DNA of 64,000 bases from Candidatus Woesebacteria bacterium GW2011_GWB1_33_22 (GTDB lineage: Bacteria; Patescibacteriota; Microgenomatia; UBA8517), in contig LBOW01000002.1 in assembly GCA_000989765.1 (NCBI GenBank), forward strand, positions 6,843-70,842. Direction: 5' to 3'. A model generated the notes under the pieces. The model was not told the DNA's origin. It saw only the letters and a list, made by a program, of their open reading frames with translations, and ran no database searches. Positions within the stretch are counted from its first letter, which is position 1. Each line of letters opens with the position of its first letter. A program made the position numbers and the translations under genes. Below, piece after piece: positions 37,631-47,828 of this stretch.

Positions 37631-37656
37631 ACCTCCCCACAAAGGAGGTTTTTTCT
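37631..37656 (+). terminator. rho-independent terminator ACCTCC-ccacaaa-GGAGGT + T6
   Basis: 6-bp GC-rich stem followed by TTTTTTCTT directly after fic stop. Confidence 0.65.
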
Positions 37657-37663
37657 TAAACTG

Positions 37664-37800
37664 TGATATAATTTAAATATGACAAAAGTTCAAAAAATAT
37701 ACAAAAAATATTTATCAAACAAAAAAAAGAATTCTGCATTAGATTTACAGAACAATGAAACTTGAGAGGGAACAAATAACAAGAAGGCAAGTTTTATCGA
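37664..37800 (+). repeat. direct repeat copy B (promoter TGATATAAT + truncated small ORF) upstream of NYN gene
   Basis: See copy A. Confidence 0.7.
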
Positions 37801-37817
37801 TATTTTAAACAAACTGA

Positions 37818-38348
37818 ATGAAAAAAGGAGCAACACCCCATAAAAACTCCATAACATACGCCTTTATAGACGCCTCAAATATAATTTACGGAACTCGCGA
37901 CGAGGGTTGGAAAGTAGATTTTAAAAAACTCTATAAATACCTTTCTGAAAGATATAATTGTAAAAAAATTTATTATTTTGCAGGATTAGACTCAAAGAAC
38001 ATAAAACAAATTAATTTCTATAAACTCCTATCAAAAATTGGTTATGAATTAATACTAAAACCTGTAAAAATCTATTTACAGCCTGACGGATCAAAAGTAA
38101 GAAAAGCAAACTGCGATGTTGATTTAACTTTTTATGCCATGAGGGACAAAGAACTTTTTAATAAATGTATATTTCTAACAGGAGACGGTGATTTTCTCAT
38201 ACTCTTAAACTATTTTATTGAACTAAATAAAGAAGTTGTAGTTATTGCAAACAGTAGAAGAACCGCTAAGGAAATTAAAACAATTAAGAAGGTTCAATTT
38301 AATAATCTAAGTGTACTAAAAGAAACTATAAAATTTGCAAAAAAATAA
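37818..38348 (+). CDS. NYN-domain (LabA/YacP-like) putative RNase
   Basis: FIDASNIIYG..., CDVDLTFYAM, LTGDGDF acidic motifs of NYN fold. Confidence 0.8.
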   Translation: MKKGATPHKNSITYAFIDASNIIYGTRDEGWKVDFKKLYKYLSERYNCKKIYYFAGLDSKNIKQINFYKLLSKIGYELILKPVKIYLQPDGSKVRKANCDVDLTFYAMRDKELFNKCIFLTGDGDFLILLNYFIELNKEVVVIANSRRTAKEIKTIKKVQFNNLSVLKETIKFAKK

Positions 38349-38502
38349 GGTGGGGATTACGAACATCACCACCTCATGTTTTATAAATATGATTATATAC
38401 CAATTAAAAAGGAAGTCAAGCAAAAAAACATTAAATTTGACAAAATCTATGAATTGTAATATTATAGGCTATTAGCTTAATATATGTTAAAATACAAACT
38501 AC

Positions 38503-40017
38503 ATGAAAGAAAGAATAGATTTATTACACATAATAAGCAAGCCAATGTCAGAAAGATTTCCAGGATATAAAGCAATGACAGAATTACATGAACATCGTGT
38601 TAGCCCTGTAGTCAAAATCGCGCATGCATTGACCGTTGTTAGCTTGGCCGTAAACGCCGCTTGCCAAAAAATAGGTATCGTAACTCCTGAAATTGATGAT
38701 CAATCTCAACCCAAAACCCAAGAGGTGTTTCAACCTACAGATATTCCATCCACACCAGAGGTAATTACTAATCCAAGTGGTGTAAAATTTCTATCTGAAA
38801 CTGAGGTATTGCAAATACCAGTAGCTAGATTGACATCAGGTGAATATGTGCTTTTGGACACATTTTATGAAGAAATATTCAAAAAAGACTCTGGACTCTT
38901 GGCACAATTTGAAGATCCATCCACTATAAAATTTTCTGCAATGGGAATACAAGTATTTGATACAGTTGAAAATAGAATTGTTGTTTACCCATTTTTTTCT
39001 GCACTATCTGAAAAAGAAAATAAGGGACTTACTGCAATGGTTTTGGTTCCAGAACCGGGAGTAGTAAAAGCACCTATTTTAAATCGCATTGTAACGGGTG
39101 ATGGAATTGTGGGGTTAGGCATAACACAAGATATAAACACTGGAGAAGATTTGGCAGAACCAATATTGATATTTAGTACTGGATTAACAGAAACTCAAGT
39201 ATCCCAGATGTCAACAGAGCAACTTTTGGCCTCACAGTTAATTTTTATACCAGGCGGAGTTAATATCCAGTACGAACGGATGTTTGGTAAAGTTAATGCT
39301 ATCACTATTCAAGTGTCAGGTGAGTCAAATTCTGAAGTTCTCTCCCTCCCAAAAAACCTAGGTGGGGATGAAAGGTATGCTGCTGAAATTGAAAAACTTG
39401 GGCCAGACCGCGTCCAAGTGATTGAAAACCAAGTCCTTGTAGATTGGGAAGGCACCGGCAATTTTGAACTTTCTTTTGAAAAAGTTGGGGAAAATTGGGA
39501 AATTGTAAAATTCTGGGCTTCCACTCCTGAAGGATGGGATAAAGTAACAGTCGAAGATATCATAGGCAAAGGCCCTAACGGGAATGCTTTTCTTTATAGG
39601 TCCCAGTATAAAGACTGGGATGTTCGTGCCAAAACAACAGGACGGGTAAGAATTGAAAAAAGAAGGGACTTGGTAACGGGGGAAAAGTTACAGGGCTATA
39701 TGGTTATAGTTGAAGCAGTATCAAGACAAGAGCCAGGAACTTCTAAATTTACTTTTGAATATGTTGCCCACGCAGATAACGGTGATGGCCTAGACATGAT
39801 GCAAGGCATGGGTGGGCAAATGAAAAGTGTGTTTGATTATGCAATTATTTATACGCCAGACCGTCATGTCACTGTCACTTTGCCTGCTAAAAAAATAACA
39901 AGTGCTTGGGAGGCTTACCCATGGCTAGAATCAACTATACCAAACAATCTTTTATTTGTTGATAATCCCTATGCTGATAACTATTTACTAATTCCTTATG
40001 GATTTGGCTCTTGGTAA
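38503..40017 (+). CDS. large hypothetical protein, probably exported
   Basis: ORF only; hydrophobic segment near N-terminus. Confidence 0.5.
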   Translation: MKERIDLLHIISKPMSERFPGYKAMTELHEHRVSPVVKIAHALTVVSLAVNAACQKIGIVTPEIDDQSQPKTQEVFQPTDIPSTPEVITNPSGVKFLSETEVLQIPVARLTSGEYVLLDTFYEEIFKKDSGLLAQFEDPSTIKFSAMGIQVFDTVENRIVVYPFFSALSEKENKGLTAMVLVPEPGVVKAPILNRIVTGDGIVGLGITQDINTGEDLAEPILIFSTGLTETQVSQMSTEQLLASQLIFIPGGVNIQYERMFGKVNAITIQVSGESNSEVLSLPKNLGGDERYAAEIEKLGPDRVQVIENQVLVDWEGTGNFELSFEKVGENWEIVKFWASTPEGWDKVTVEDIIGKGPNGNAFLYRSQYKDWDVRAKTTGRVRIEKRRDLVTGEKLQGYMVIVEAVSRQEPGTSKFTFEYVAHADNGDGLDMMQGMGGQMKSVFDYAIIYTPDRHVTVTLPAKKITSAWEAYPWLESTIPNNLLFVDNPYADNYLLIPYGFGSW

Positions 40018-40066
40018 TTAAATTGTGGATCTAGAAAGTATACTTTCAAAAGTGTAATATTGTTTC

Positions 40067-41734
40067 ATGAAGAGAGTTGTATTTATTGGTTTATTAATAA
40101 TTTTCTATGTTTTTTTGTATAAATCAGTTTCAGCAGAAAGCGGGTGCGGAGGAACTGAGTTTTGCCAATCCACAAAAATAGTTGGTGACTACGAATGTAA
40201 AATTATTCAAGGTGCTTGCCAAAGGCAACAAGCTGGAACCACAACAATTGACTGCACAGTAACAGAAGATGAATGTTATGGATACGATCGAACAGTAACT
40301 GATTGCACAGGCGGTTGTTATCCGATCACTCAAAACAAGAAAGTCAGTTGTTGTTCGGGGGCGGGGGGAGGGGGGTTTGAATGTGATAATCCTGAACTTG
40401 AATGGGTATGCCTGAGAGCAGGGGAATGCCCCGAACTTTTTGAAGGGCCCACTTGCGCACCTGGTAAAAAATGGTGTGCAACGCTTACCTGTCCAGCTTG
40501 TACTGCTGTTGCACCAGCAAATATATTGATTGTCAATCCTTCCAATAGTTCAGCAATCATTTCATGGACAAGTGGAACGGGGGGATTAGACCCAATCGAC
40601 GAACGTCTTTATGTTTGCAGTAATTCAGATTACACAAATTGTGTAGTTAATGGCACCACTGAAACATCACCCAAGACTGTTACTGGCCTGGCTACAGGTT
40701 CTTTTTATTATGTCAAGGTTGTAAATTATAAAGACACAGCCTGTAGTGCAGAAACAACTTCTAAATTTCTTTCATCCTGCGATTTAACTCCTATATCGGC
40801 AACTTTAAATCCTACCGAAACTCAAGTTTTCTCGTCTGACCTCAAGGCTTCAACCGAAAATCCAACCGTTACTTTTGCCTCAACTGATACAGAAGTAGCA
40901 ACGGTTTCTCCAACCACAGGCGCTACCCAAACTACAGCTACAGCAATTTCAGTTGGAGATACCAATATAAATGTAGACGTAACTGTTGGAGGAACATCGT
41001 ATTGTACTGACACATCACCCTTAACTGTTTTGGCTAGCGGGCCTTGGTGGCAAGTAATCGATGGTGATGTGCTGACAAACGGCAGTATTGGTTCTGATGT
41101 CCCAAGCTCCAATTACTTTGATCTTGATGGAGCAGGGGGGTTTCCTGGAGTTCCTATTTATGGAACTTCTTTTAATCTATCCTCTACACCTGATTTAATT
41201 TCAACTAAAATGTGGAATGCAAACTCTATAACATCTTTTTCAAGAAGATTTGATTATAATTATTTTGAAGATTTAGTTCAAAGCGATATTTTTGGAACTA
41301 CAGATCTTGATGGTTATGAGTGGATTAAGAATATTGGCCCAACAACATTAGAAGCAACTAATTATTCAAATAGAAAAGTAATTTTATTTGTTGATGGAAA
41401 TTTGACAATAAATGGCAATATAACCCTTGATGATGGGGAAGGTTTCTTTGGAGTATTTGTTTCAGGAGATATCATAATAAGTCCAACTGTTACTAGCCTA
41501 GAAGGTCTTTATCTAACTGACACAGGTTTTGAAACAGGATCACTGGGACCAGATTTGGATGCGCCACTTTTGGTTAGGGGATCTGTTGCTTCATATGGTG
41601 GAATGTCGTTACAAAGAGACCTTGCTGATGATAGTTCACCCGCTGAAATCTTTGAATTTGCACCTGATCAGCTTTTGTTGTTTCCAGAAAGCTTAGGTTA
41701 CAGTAGAACAAGGTGGACTGAGGTGGCTCCTTAA
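40067..41734 (+). CDS. Cys-rich secreted/surface protein with FN3-like and Big_2-like beta-sandwich domains
   Basis: Signal peptide; Cys-rich N-terminal module; ...ISWTSGTGG...YYVKV... (FN3-like); T/S-rich Ig-like repeats. Confidence 0.5.
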   Translation: MKRVVFIGLLIIFYVFLYKSVSAESGCGGTEFCQSTKIVGDYECKIIQGACQRQQAGTTTIDCTVTEDECYGYDRTVTDCTGGCYPITQNKKVSCCSGAGGGGFECDNPELEWVCLRAGECPELFEGPTCAPGKKWCATLTCPACTAVAPANILIVNPSNSSAIISWTSGTGGLDPIDERLYVCSNSDYTNCVVNGTTETSPKTVTGLATGSFYYVKVVNYKDTACSAETTSKFLSSCDLTPISATLNPTETQVFSSDLKASTENPTVTFASTDTEVATVSPTTGATQTTATAISVGDTNINVDVTVGGTSYCTDTSPLTVLASGPWWQVIDGDVLTNGSIGSDVPSSNYFDLDGAGGFPGVPIYGTSFNLSSTPDLISTKMWNANSITSFSRRFDYNYFEDLVQSDIFGTTDLDGYEWIKNIGPTTLEATNYSNRKVILFVDGNLTINGNITLDDGEGFFGVFVSGDIIISPTVTSLEGLYLTDTGFETGSLGPDLDAPLLVRGSVASYGGMSLQRDLADDSSPAEIFEFAPDQLLLFPESLGYSRTRWTEVAP

Positions 41735-41737
41735 ATT

Positions 41738-43060
41738 TTAATCATCTGTTTTTGGCTTGTAAATTTCTTTTCCAACAAACGAGTGTTTAATTTCATTAAT
41801 AATTGAAAATATTGGGGGAATACTATGAAATATAATGGCAGGAATACTTGCTATACCTATTAGAATTGTTTGCAATATTTTCGAGTTCACAAATCTTTGA
41901 TATACCAAAGCGTATTGAAGCGGTCCGTAAATCAAAACCGAAAAGTAAGCACAAAATATTAGAAAATAATTACTACTAATTATGAATGATAACAATGCAA
42001 CTAAAATTAAAGGGCCAGATACAATCCAAGCAATAGCGGATATAAGACCCTGGATTGTCAAGATAAACGGAACAAACATGTCATTAACAGCTAATTTTTC
42101 TCTATTTTTTAATACAAATTTAAAATAACTAAAGTATTTCATTGGTCCCCAAAACCACACATATTTTTGGTTCCATAACCCAAGAACCGATGCTGGCGCG
42201 TCAGCAAATTCTAGAACTGGAATTGGGTATATATTTATTCCCTTTGACCTTAAAAGGTATCCCAAAAACAAGTCCTCAGTTAATGAACTTGTTGGGAAAC
42301 CGCCAATTTCACGTAAAACATTTATTTTTATAATAAGTCCATGACCAACAACATGAGCATTTACAAATTTTTGTAAGAATTTTGGATAATAAGTAGATTG
42401 TCTAAGGAGGCGAGGAATCTCATGTGCCAATGTCCATCTAGTTTGTAGAATAGCTGAGGCTCTTAAAAATAATGATTTCGCCAAATTTTTATTTCGGTCA
42501 ATCTCCTGATAATTTTTCAAGAAAATTGCGGATTGTTGAAAAGCTTTTCCGTTTGGATTTCTTTCCAATTCTTCGTGAAAAAAAATAAAAGTTTTTGGAT
42601 GAGGTCTTGAATCTGCATTATAAACAGCTATAAATGCATTTCTGTTCTTAATTTTAGATAAGGCAAAATTTAACTGATGTGCCATTCCTCCTGTTTTGGA
42701 TGGGTAATTTATATATGTCACTATCTGTTCAAGCTTGTTTTTTAATATGAAGTTTCTTACAATTGAAAATGTAGAACTTCTGAAGATTGGTTTTTTAAAT
42801 TCCTTTTGTGTAGTAATTACTACAATTTGAAATTTATTTCTACCAAAATGTTTTACAAAATATTTTAAAGTTGGAATAATTCTTTTTTGCTCTCGCAGGA
42901 CTGGAATTAAAATATAAACAAAATTATGTTTGTGTGGTTGTATAGGTTTGATATCAATCTCAAAAGATTTTAGCCAAGAAAAAGACTTAAATAAAGAAGG
43001 TAGAGTTGTTAATCCTCTGATTAGAACTATCAATACTACCACCCAAAGAAATATATCCAC
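41738..43060 (-). CDS. family 2 glycosyltransferase with C-terminal multi-TM region
   Basis: GT2-like N-terminal half (YILIPVLREQ...VVITTQ...NADSRP...), 5-6 predicted TM helices C-terminally. Confidence 0.55.
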   Translation of the reverse strand: MDIFLWVVVLIVLIRGLTTLPSLFKSFSWLKSFEIDIKPIQPHKHNFVYILIPVLREQKRIIPTLKYFVKHFGRNKFQIVVITTQKEFKKPIFRSSTFSIVRNFILKNKLEQIVTYINYPSKTGGMAHQLNFALSKIKNRNAFIAVYNADSRPHPKTFIFFHEELERNPNGKAFQQSAIFLKNYQEIDRNKNLAKSLFLRASAILQTRWTLAHEIPRLLRQSTYYPKFLQKFVNAHVVGHGLIIKINVLREIGGFPTSSLTEDLFLGYLLRSKGINIYPIPVLEFADAPASVLGLWNQKYVWFWGPMKYFSYFKFVLKNREKLAVNDMFVPFILTIQGLISAIAWIVSGPLILVALLSFIISSNYFLIFCAYFSVLIYGPLQYALVYQRFVNSKILQTILIGIASIPAIIFHSIPPIFSIINEIKHSFVGKEIYKPKTDD

Positions 43061-43069
43061 TGATATAGT

Positions 43070-43891
43070 ATGATATACTATTTATTAAATTTCAATAGTA
43101 TGGGAACTGAAAATCTATATAGGCCGTTCTTTACAGGAATTAATAAATTTGAAATGGAACTTATACCGCTTCCAAATCGTGTCGGTTTACCTAATTATGT
43201 AGCAATAGAAGGCAACTCTGGTGCGGGAAAGACTTCAACATCTTTACTTGTTCATAAAGAAACACAACTACCGCATATTGGAGAATATGGAAATTATATA
43301 GATTTTGAGAAAAATGAAAGTTTTCCTCAATTTCCACCTAATAATGTTCAAGATATTATTCAATCAAACACTCTATGGTCAAAAATTGAATTTAGAAGAA
43401 GAGTACATCAGCTTAATTTACAGGATAAGTTTCCAAATAGTTTGCAAATTGTTGAGAGATCTTCAATATCTCTTTTTGCCTTTGAATATGCAAAAATGAA
43501 GCTAGGACTTCCGTATGAATTTACACATCTTTCAGGTTTATATTCTATGTTGTACGAAACAACAATATTAAAAGAGCCCTGTGGCTATGTTTTTCTCAGA
43601 GTTAGCCCTGAAACGGTCAGGGCAAGAATAAATATCGAAAACGCTAATAAATCGTTAAAATTTTTGTGTAATAGAAAAAGTGTTTTAGCAATAAATGAAT
43701 TTATAAGTTTTTTTTTGAATACATACATTGATAACGAAAGTTTTATAATATTAGATTCAGTAAAATTTAATCAAGTTGGTCTTTCAAAACAAATAATTGA
43801 GTTTATAGATAAACTAAAAAGCCGAAATAGGCAATCAAATGGAATAAGTCGATTCAATCATGATGTGCTTGCTGGAAAGATAATCTTTTAG
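43070..43891 (+). CDS. deoxynucleoside kinase-like P-loop kinase
   Basis: P-loop IEGNSGAGKTS and ERS motif (VERSSISLFAFEYA) characteristic of dNK family. Confidence 0.6.
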   Translation: MIYYLLNFNSMGTENLYRPFFTGINKFEMELIPLPNRVGLPNYVAIEGNSGAGKTSTSLLVHKETQLPHIGEYGNYIDFEKNESFPQFPPNNVQDIIQSNTLWSKIEFRRRVHQLNLQDKFPNSLQIVERSSISLFAFEYAKMKLGLPYEFTHLSGLYSMLYETTILKEPCGYVFLRVSPETVRARINIENANKSLKFLCNRKSVLAINEFISFFLNTYIDNESFIILDSVKFNQVGLSKQIIEFIDKLKSRNRQSNGISRFNHDVLAGKIIF

Positions 43892-45681
43892 TATTGCCAT
43901 TCCCATTTCGAAGTGGATCTTTTAATAAGATAATTACATATTTTAATAACTTCACTCTCACCAGTAACGTTAAATGCAATTCCACCTAGTTTTTTAAATA
44001 ATTCACAATTTCTTTTAGAATCATCTATTAGAATACAGTTCGAGGTTACAGCATTCATTTCAAAAATTCTATCTAAAAAATACTTACCTTCATTTGAAGT
44101 TTTGAAGGTTTTGATGTTATAGGAATTATCTATATAATCGAAAGCATTCTTTAATAGTTTATTATTTTTAAGTGTGAATCTGTCAAAAGAATCCATATTA
44201 TCTGTCGCTAATATTACTTTATAGTATTTTTTTAATTTTCCAGCTTTTATTAAAATTTTTTCTGAAATGTCTATTTTAGAGCAATCATTTCTAAATGTTT
44301 TATATAATTTTTTAAACGGTATATTTAGGTTTTTAGCAAGCATTTGATTAATGTCTTCACTTGTATATTTCCCAATCATCCAGTCAATAATTATTTGTTT
44401 ATTTTCTTTAAAAAGAAATTCTTCTATTTGAGTTTGGAATTTATGTAACTCATGATCTTTACTAGATAAGGAATTCCAAAATTTATTGTATGAGAGTACA
44501 CCGTTAAAATCAAAAAAAACTATATTTTTATTCTTTTTCTTAAAAGAAGTGGGAACATTCTGATCGAGGAAGTTCTTATCAAAATGTTTCAACGCCATAT
44601 TTAGATTTGGTTTTAGTTTTAATAAAATATTACTCTTAAAATTTTTAGACTCCTCAAACAGTTCAAGATAAAAATGTCTTAAGGTGGGTTTATTAATCTC
44701 TAATTTTTCTAGTTGTTCTAAATTAAGTCTATTTGTAAACGTTTTAGCCCTACCTGCTACTCCTGCTATTTCTAGTCCTATCATTGTTCTTACACATTTT
44801 TCACAAACACCACAGTTTACTTTACCACCATAATTAAGCCAGCAAACCCTAAGGTTTTCTAACGCAATATTGGATCTGGAAATGTTTATTAAGATTTTCT
44901 CGATCCTTTTCCTTTCACTGCCATAATGAATTATCTTTATATTCTCAGTTGAGAAAAGTGAATCTAGTTGTGGGTGTGAACCGTCTGGAAATAAATGCTC
45001 ATTGTCTGTTGTGCTTGGAATAAACAATTGGCTTATATATCCTTGAAACAAGTTAGCAATACAGCTAAAAACAGGTGCGAGTAAAAAATCCCAGATGACA
45101 ACCTTTTCAGTGAATTCTCGCAAGTTGGTTTTTACATATATTGTCTCGTACGAAAGAGCTTTAGCTACATTATCTATATATATTTTGGTTTGGTTTATTA
45201 ATTCTTTATCGCGAAAATGAATATCCAAACCAAAAACATACAAAAGAGAATCTATTCTACTTTCATTTTTCATTTTTCTATTCTGTAAAATAGTATCAAA
45301 AGAATCAACACCCCCCGTAAACAAAGAGACAATTCTTTTCCCACACGGTTTAACATCAGTAATTAGCTTGAAATTCTTTATACCAACTTTACTAAGTTTC
45401 AATTTTGGAAACCAGTTTATATAAATGTCTTGTATTTTATTGATCTCTTCAAATAGTCTTTTTGATATTGATAAACCGTTCAAATCAACATCTTCTTCAG
45501 CAATCATGGCTGGTAGCAAAGCAAAACAAAGAAAAGAAGTACCAGATTTTAGGTTTTTCTTAAAAACCTGTTTCTTATTTAATTCGAACCAAACACTTCT
45601 TAATTTGCCCTTATAATCAAACTCCCAAGTAAGTTTTACTATACCTCTCTTTTCAGAAACCTGGATATTTGATATTTTCAT
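43888..45681 (-). CDS. PP-loop ATP pyrophosphatase (QueC-like; SGGxDS + C-terminal CxxC zinc motif) fused to HAD-like hydrolase domain
   Basis: SLFTGGVDSF PP-loop; CGVCEKCVRTMIGLE zinc-ribbon like QueC; C-terminal FFDFNGVL ... LIDDSKRN (HAD motifs I and IV-like). Confidence 0.5.
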   Translation of the reverse strand: MKISNIQVSEKRGIVKLTWEFDYKGKLRSVWFELNKKQVFKKNLKSGTSFLCFALLPAMIAEEDVDLNGLSISKRLFEEINKIQDIYINWFPKLKLSKVGIKNFKLITDVKPCGKRIVSLFTGGVDSFDTILQNRKMKNESRIDSLLYVFGLDIHFRDKELINQTKIYIDNVAKALSYETIYVKTNLREFTEKVVIWDFLLAPVFSCIANLFQGYISQLFIPSTTDNEHLFPDGSHPQLDSLFSTENIKIIHYGSERKRIEKILINISRSNIALENLRVCWLNYGGKVNCGVCEKCVRTMIGLEIAGVAGRAKTFTNRLNLEQLEKLEINKPTLRHFYLELFEESKNFKSNILLKLKPNLNMALKHFDKNFLDQNVPTSFKKKNKNIVFFDFNGVLSYNKFWNSLSSKDHELHKFQTQIEEFLFKENKQIIIDWMIGKYTSEDINQMLAKNLNIPFKKLYKTFRNDCSKIDISEKILIKAGKLKKYYKVILATDNMDSFDRFTLKNNKLLKNAFDYIDNSYNIKTFKTSNEGKYFLDRIFEMNAVTSNCILIDDSKRNCELFKKLGGIAFNVTGESEVIKICNYLIKRSTSKWEWQY

Positions 45682-46862
45682 AAATTTTTGTTCTTACTTT
45701 CTAAGGCTAAGGAAATTTGTTTTCTATTGTTAATAATATATTTCACTTTGTTTAAAATTGAAAATAACACAATTTTATTATAATTAACACTATACTTCTT
45801 AAGGTTTTTAAAATAAATACTAAGAATAGCATTGTTCTTCATTGTGTAATAGTTGTCATAATTTATAGCTAGAACTGGTATATTTGACGATAAAGCAAAA
45901 ACTAATCCATGATATCTCGAAGAAATAACCATCTGCATTTTTGACGAGATTACCTTTATTATTTCAGCAAATGTCAACTTAGTCTCTTTCTCTATTTGTT
46001 TTAATGTTTGGTACTTAATAAATTGAACATTGTTTTTAACTCCCTTCATTATGTTATTCATAAAATTAACATCAAAGCCATCTTTGTTGTCGAAAAAATG
46101 AGGTATTAGAGTAAATGAAATCCCAGGATCAAGTTCCCCAATTTTATAAAACATATTATTAAAAAATTTATAATTGGTGAATTTACTCCATTGATGAACA
46201 GAAACTCCAATTTTAAAAAAACTGTTGTTAGTCGACAAAATTCTATCAATTATCTTGTTATTACTAACATTGAATGATTGAGCATCATCTATCGACATTG
46301 ATATTTTAGATTCACTAACTCCCAATTTAGCTAATTCTTTTTGAGAATCTATATCACGCACCCCGATTGATTTTGCATTTTTGAGACAAAGTTTTAACAA
46401 AAACTTATGAAAATGATTTGTTAATGGCCCAATTGTTTGACTGGTTAAAATAACACTTTTATTAAATATGGTTGCCAAAGAAATCATCAAATAACGATAA
46501 TAGATATGTCCCGCCCAAAAACTATTTAAATTGCCCCCACCTGAAATATGAAGAAGATCGGACGATACTAATTCACTAACTGTTTTTTGAAATCTAAGTG
46601 GAAATATATTTATTTTCAAAAAACGAAGCAAATAAATACAAATGATAAGATAAAATAAAGTAAATACATTTTTTATATAAATATCTAAAACTTCATTAAA
46701 ACCTAATGTATTATGGCTAATAGATCTGGATGAAGCACTAACTTCTATGTTCCTAGACTTATACTTTCTTAAATTATTGAGAAACATCGCCTCATCACCA
46801 ATGTGGTATGACTTGTTATTATCTTCTCCAATATCTGCCAATACGAAAACTTTCTTAATCAT
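45678..46862 (-). CDS. polysaccharide pyruvyl transferase family protein (WcaK/CsaB-like)
   Basis: HISGGGNL ... SSRYHGLVFAL ... IPVLAINYD pattern of pfam04230. Confidence 0.65.
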   Translation of the reverse strand: MIKKVFVLADIGEDNNKSYHIGDEAMFLNNLRKYKSRNIEVSASSRSISHNTLGFNEVLDIYIKNVFTLFYLIICIYLLRFLKINIFPLRFQKTVSELVSSDLLHISGGGNLNSFWAGHIYYRYLMISLATIFNKSVILTSQTIGPLTNHFHKFLLKLCLKNAKSIGVRDIDSQKELAKLGVSESKISMSIDDAQSFNVSNNKIIDRILSTNNSFFKIGVSVHQWSKFTNYKFFNNMFYKIGELDPGISFTLIPHFFDNKDGFDVNFMNNIMKGVKNNVQFIKYQTLKQIEKETKLTFAEIIKVISSKMQMVISSRYHGLVFALSSNIPVLAINYDNYYTMKNNAILSIYFKNLKKYSVNYNKIVLFSILNKVKYIINNRKQISLALESKNKNL

Positions 46863-46911
46863 ATTTACAATCTTATCATTTTTTTAACTTTTCTCTCCTT
46901 GAATTGGTTAC

Positions 46912-47403
46912 TTAATAATTTCTAGCAATTATTTCAGTTTCTGAAGTTACGCTACCTTTTTCAACTGATGTTGAAACAGTATCCTCAGCAGCTATACTAA
47001 TTCTCACAGATATTGGAGAGTTTATGTCTGTTTGAATACAACTTAAGGAACAATTTGTGACAACAATATCGGATGATGTCAATCTGCCAGAACCAGATGC
47101 AATATAATCATCGACACACGAGATAGTGCTATCCACACCTTCTAGGGCGGTGTAATAGATAATGGAAGCAGTCGAACTAACGCAATCAATACTTTGGGCA
47201 TTTCTTATTTGTCTTTCCATTACACCCATTGCATAATTAACATTTTCTCGAACCCTGACTAACGAATCGCTTTTTTTAGCACCCCTAATTGTTAAAAATA
47301 TCGATCTAGTAGTTAAAATTCCAATTACGGCAAAAATTGAAATAACAACAAGTATCTCAATTAAACTAAAACCACGCCTAACGGCGGGCGGGCCTTTTCT
47401 CAT
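46912..47403 (-). CDS. type IV pilin-like protein (prepilin-type N-terminal methylation motif GFSLIEIL)
   Basis: RRGFSLIEILVVISIFAVIGIL. Confidence 0.7.
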   Translation of the reverse strand: MRKGPPAVRRGFSLIEILVVISIFAVIGILTTRSIFLTIRGAKKSDSLVRVRENVNYAMGVMERQIRNAQSIDCVSSTASIIYYTALEGVDSTISCVDDYIASGSGRLTSSDIVVTNCSLSCIQTDINSPISVRISIAAEDTVSTSVEKGSVTSETEIIARNY

Positions 47404-47828
47404 TGTTCCCTCCTGTCTGTAAAATCAGTTGATGTTGAAACCTGATGAATTCCTTTTGAATCAGTCCAAGATGTTGTTACTACAACACTAACTATATTTC
47501 CAGAATTCGTAAATACCATTTGTCTAGTAAAAATACTATTAGGAATTATTTCAAGTTCAGCACATAATCCTTGGTTAGTAAAATTTAATTGATCTAAACA
47601 GTATGTATCAGTTGAGTTTGTTAAAAATAAATTAATATCACTTTCTTTTTGGGATCTTAGCCATTCGACTGCTTCTTGAGTATATTTTGAAGATAAAGTC
47701 TTGTTTTTTGAAAACAGCGAATTTGAAATTGAAATCGTAGAAAGAATAACTACAGCAACAACAATTAAAGTAATAATAAAAAGGGCCAGAAGTACTTCAA
47801 ACATTGATTGGCCTGAATCAGTTTTCAT
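47400..47828 (-). CDS. minor pilin-like protein (PilV/PilW-like)
   Basis: GQSMFEVLLALFIITLIVVAVVIL with Glu at +5. Confidence 0.6.
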   Translation of the reverse strand: MKTDSGQSMFEVLLALFIITLIVVAVVILSTISISNSLFSKNKTLSSKYTQEAVEWLRSQKESDINLFLTNSTDTYCLDQLNFTNQGLCAELEIIPNSIFTRQMVFTNSGNIVSVVVTTSWTDSKGIHQVSTSTDFTDRREQ

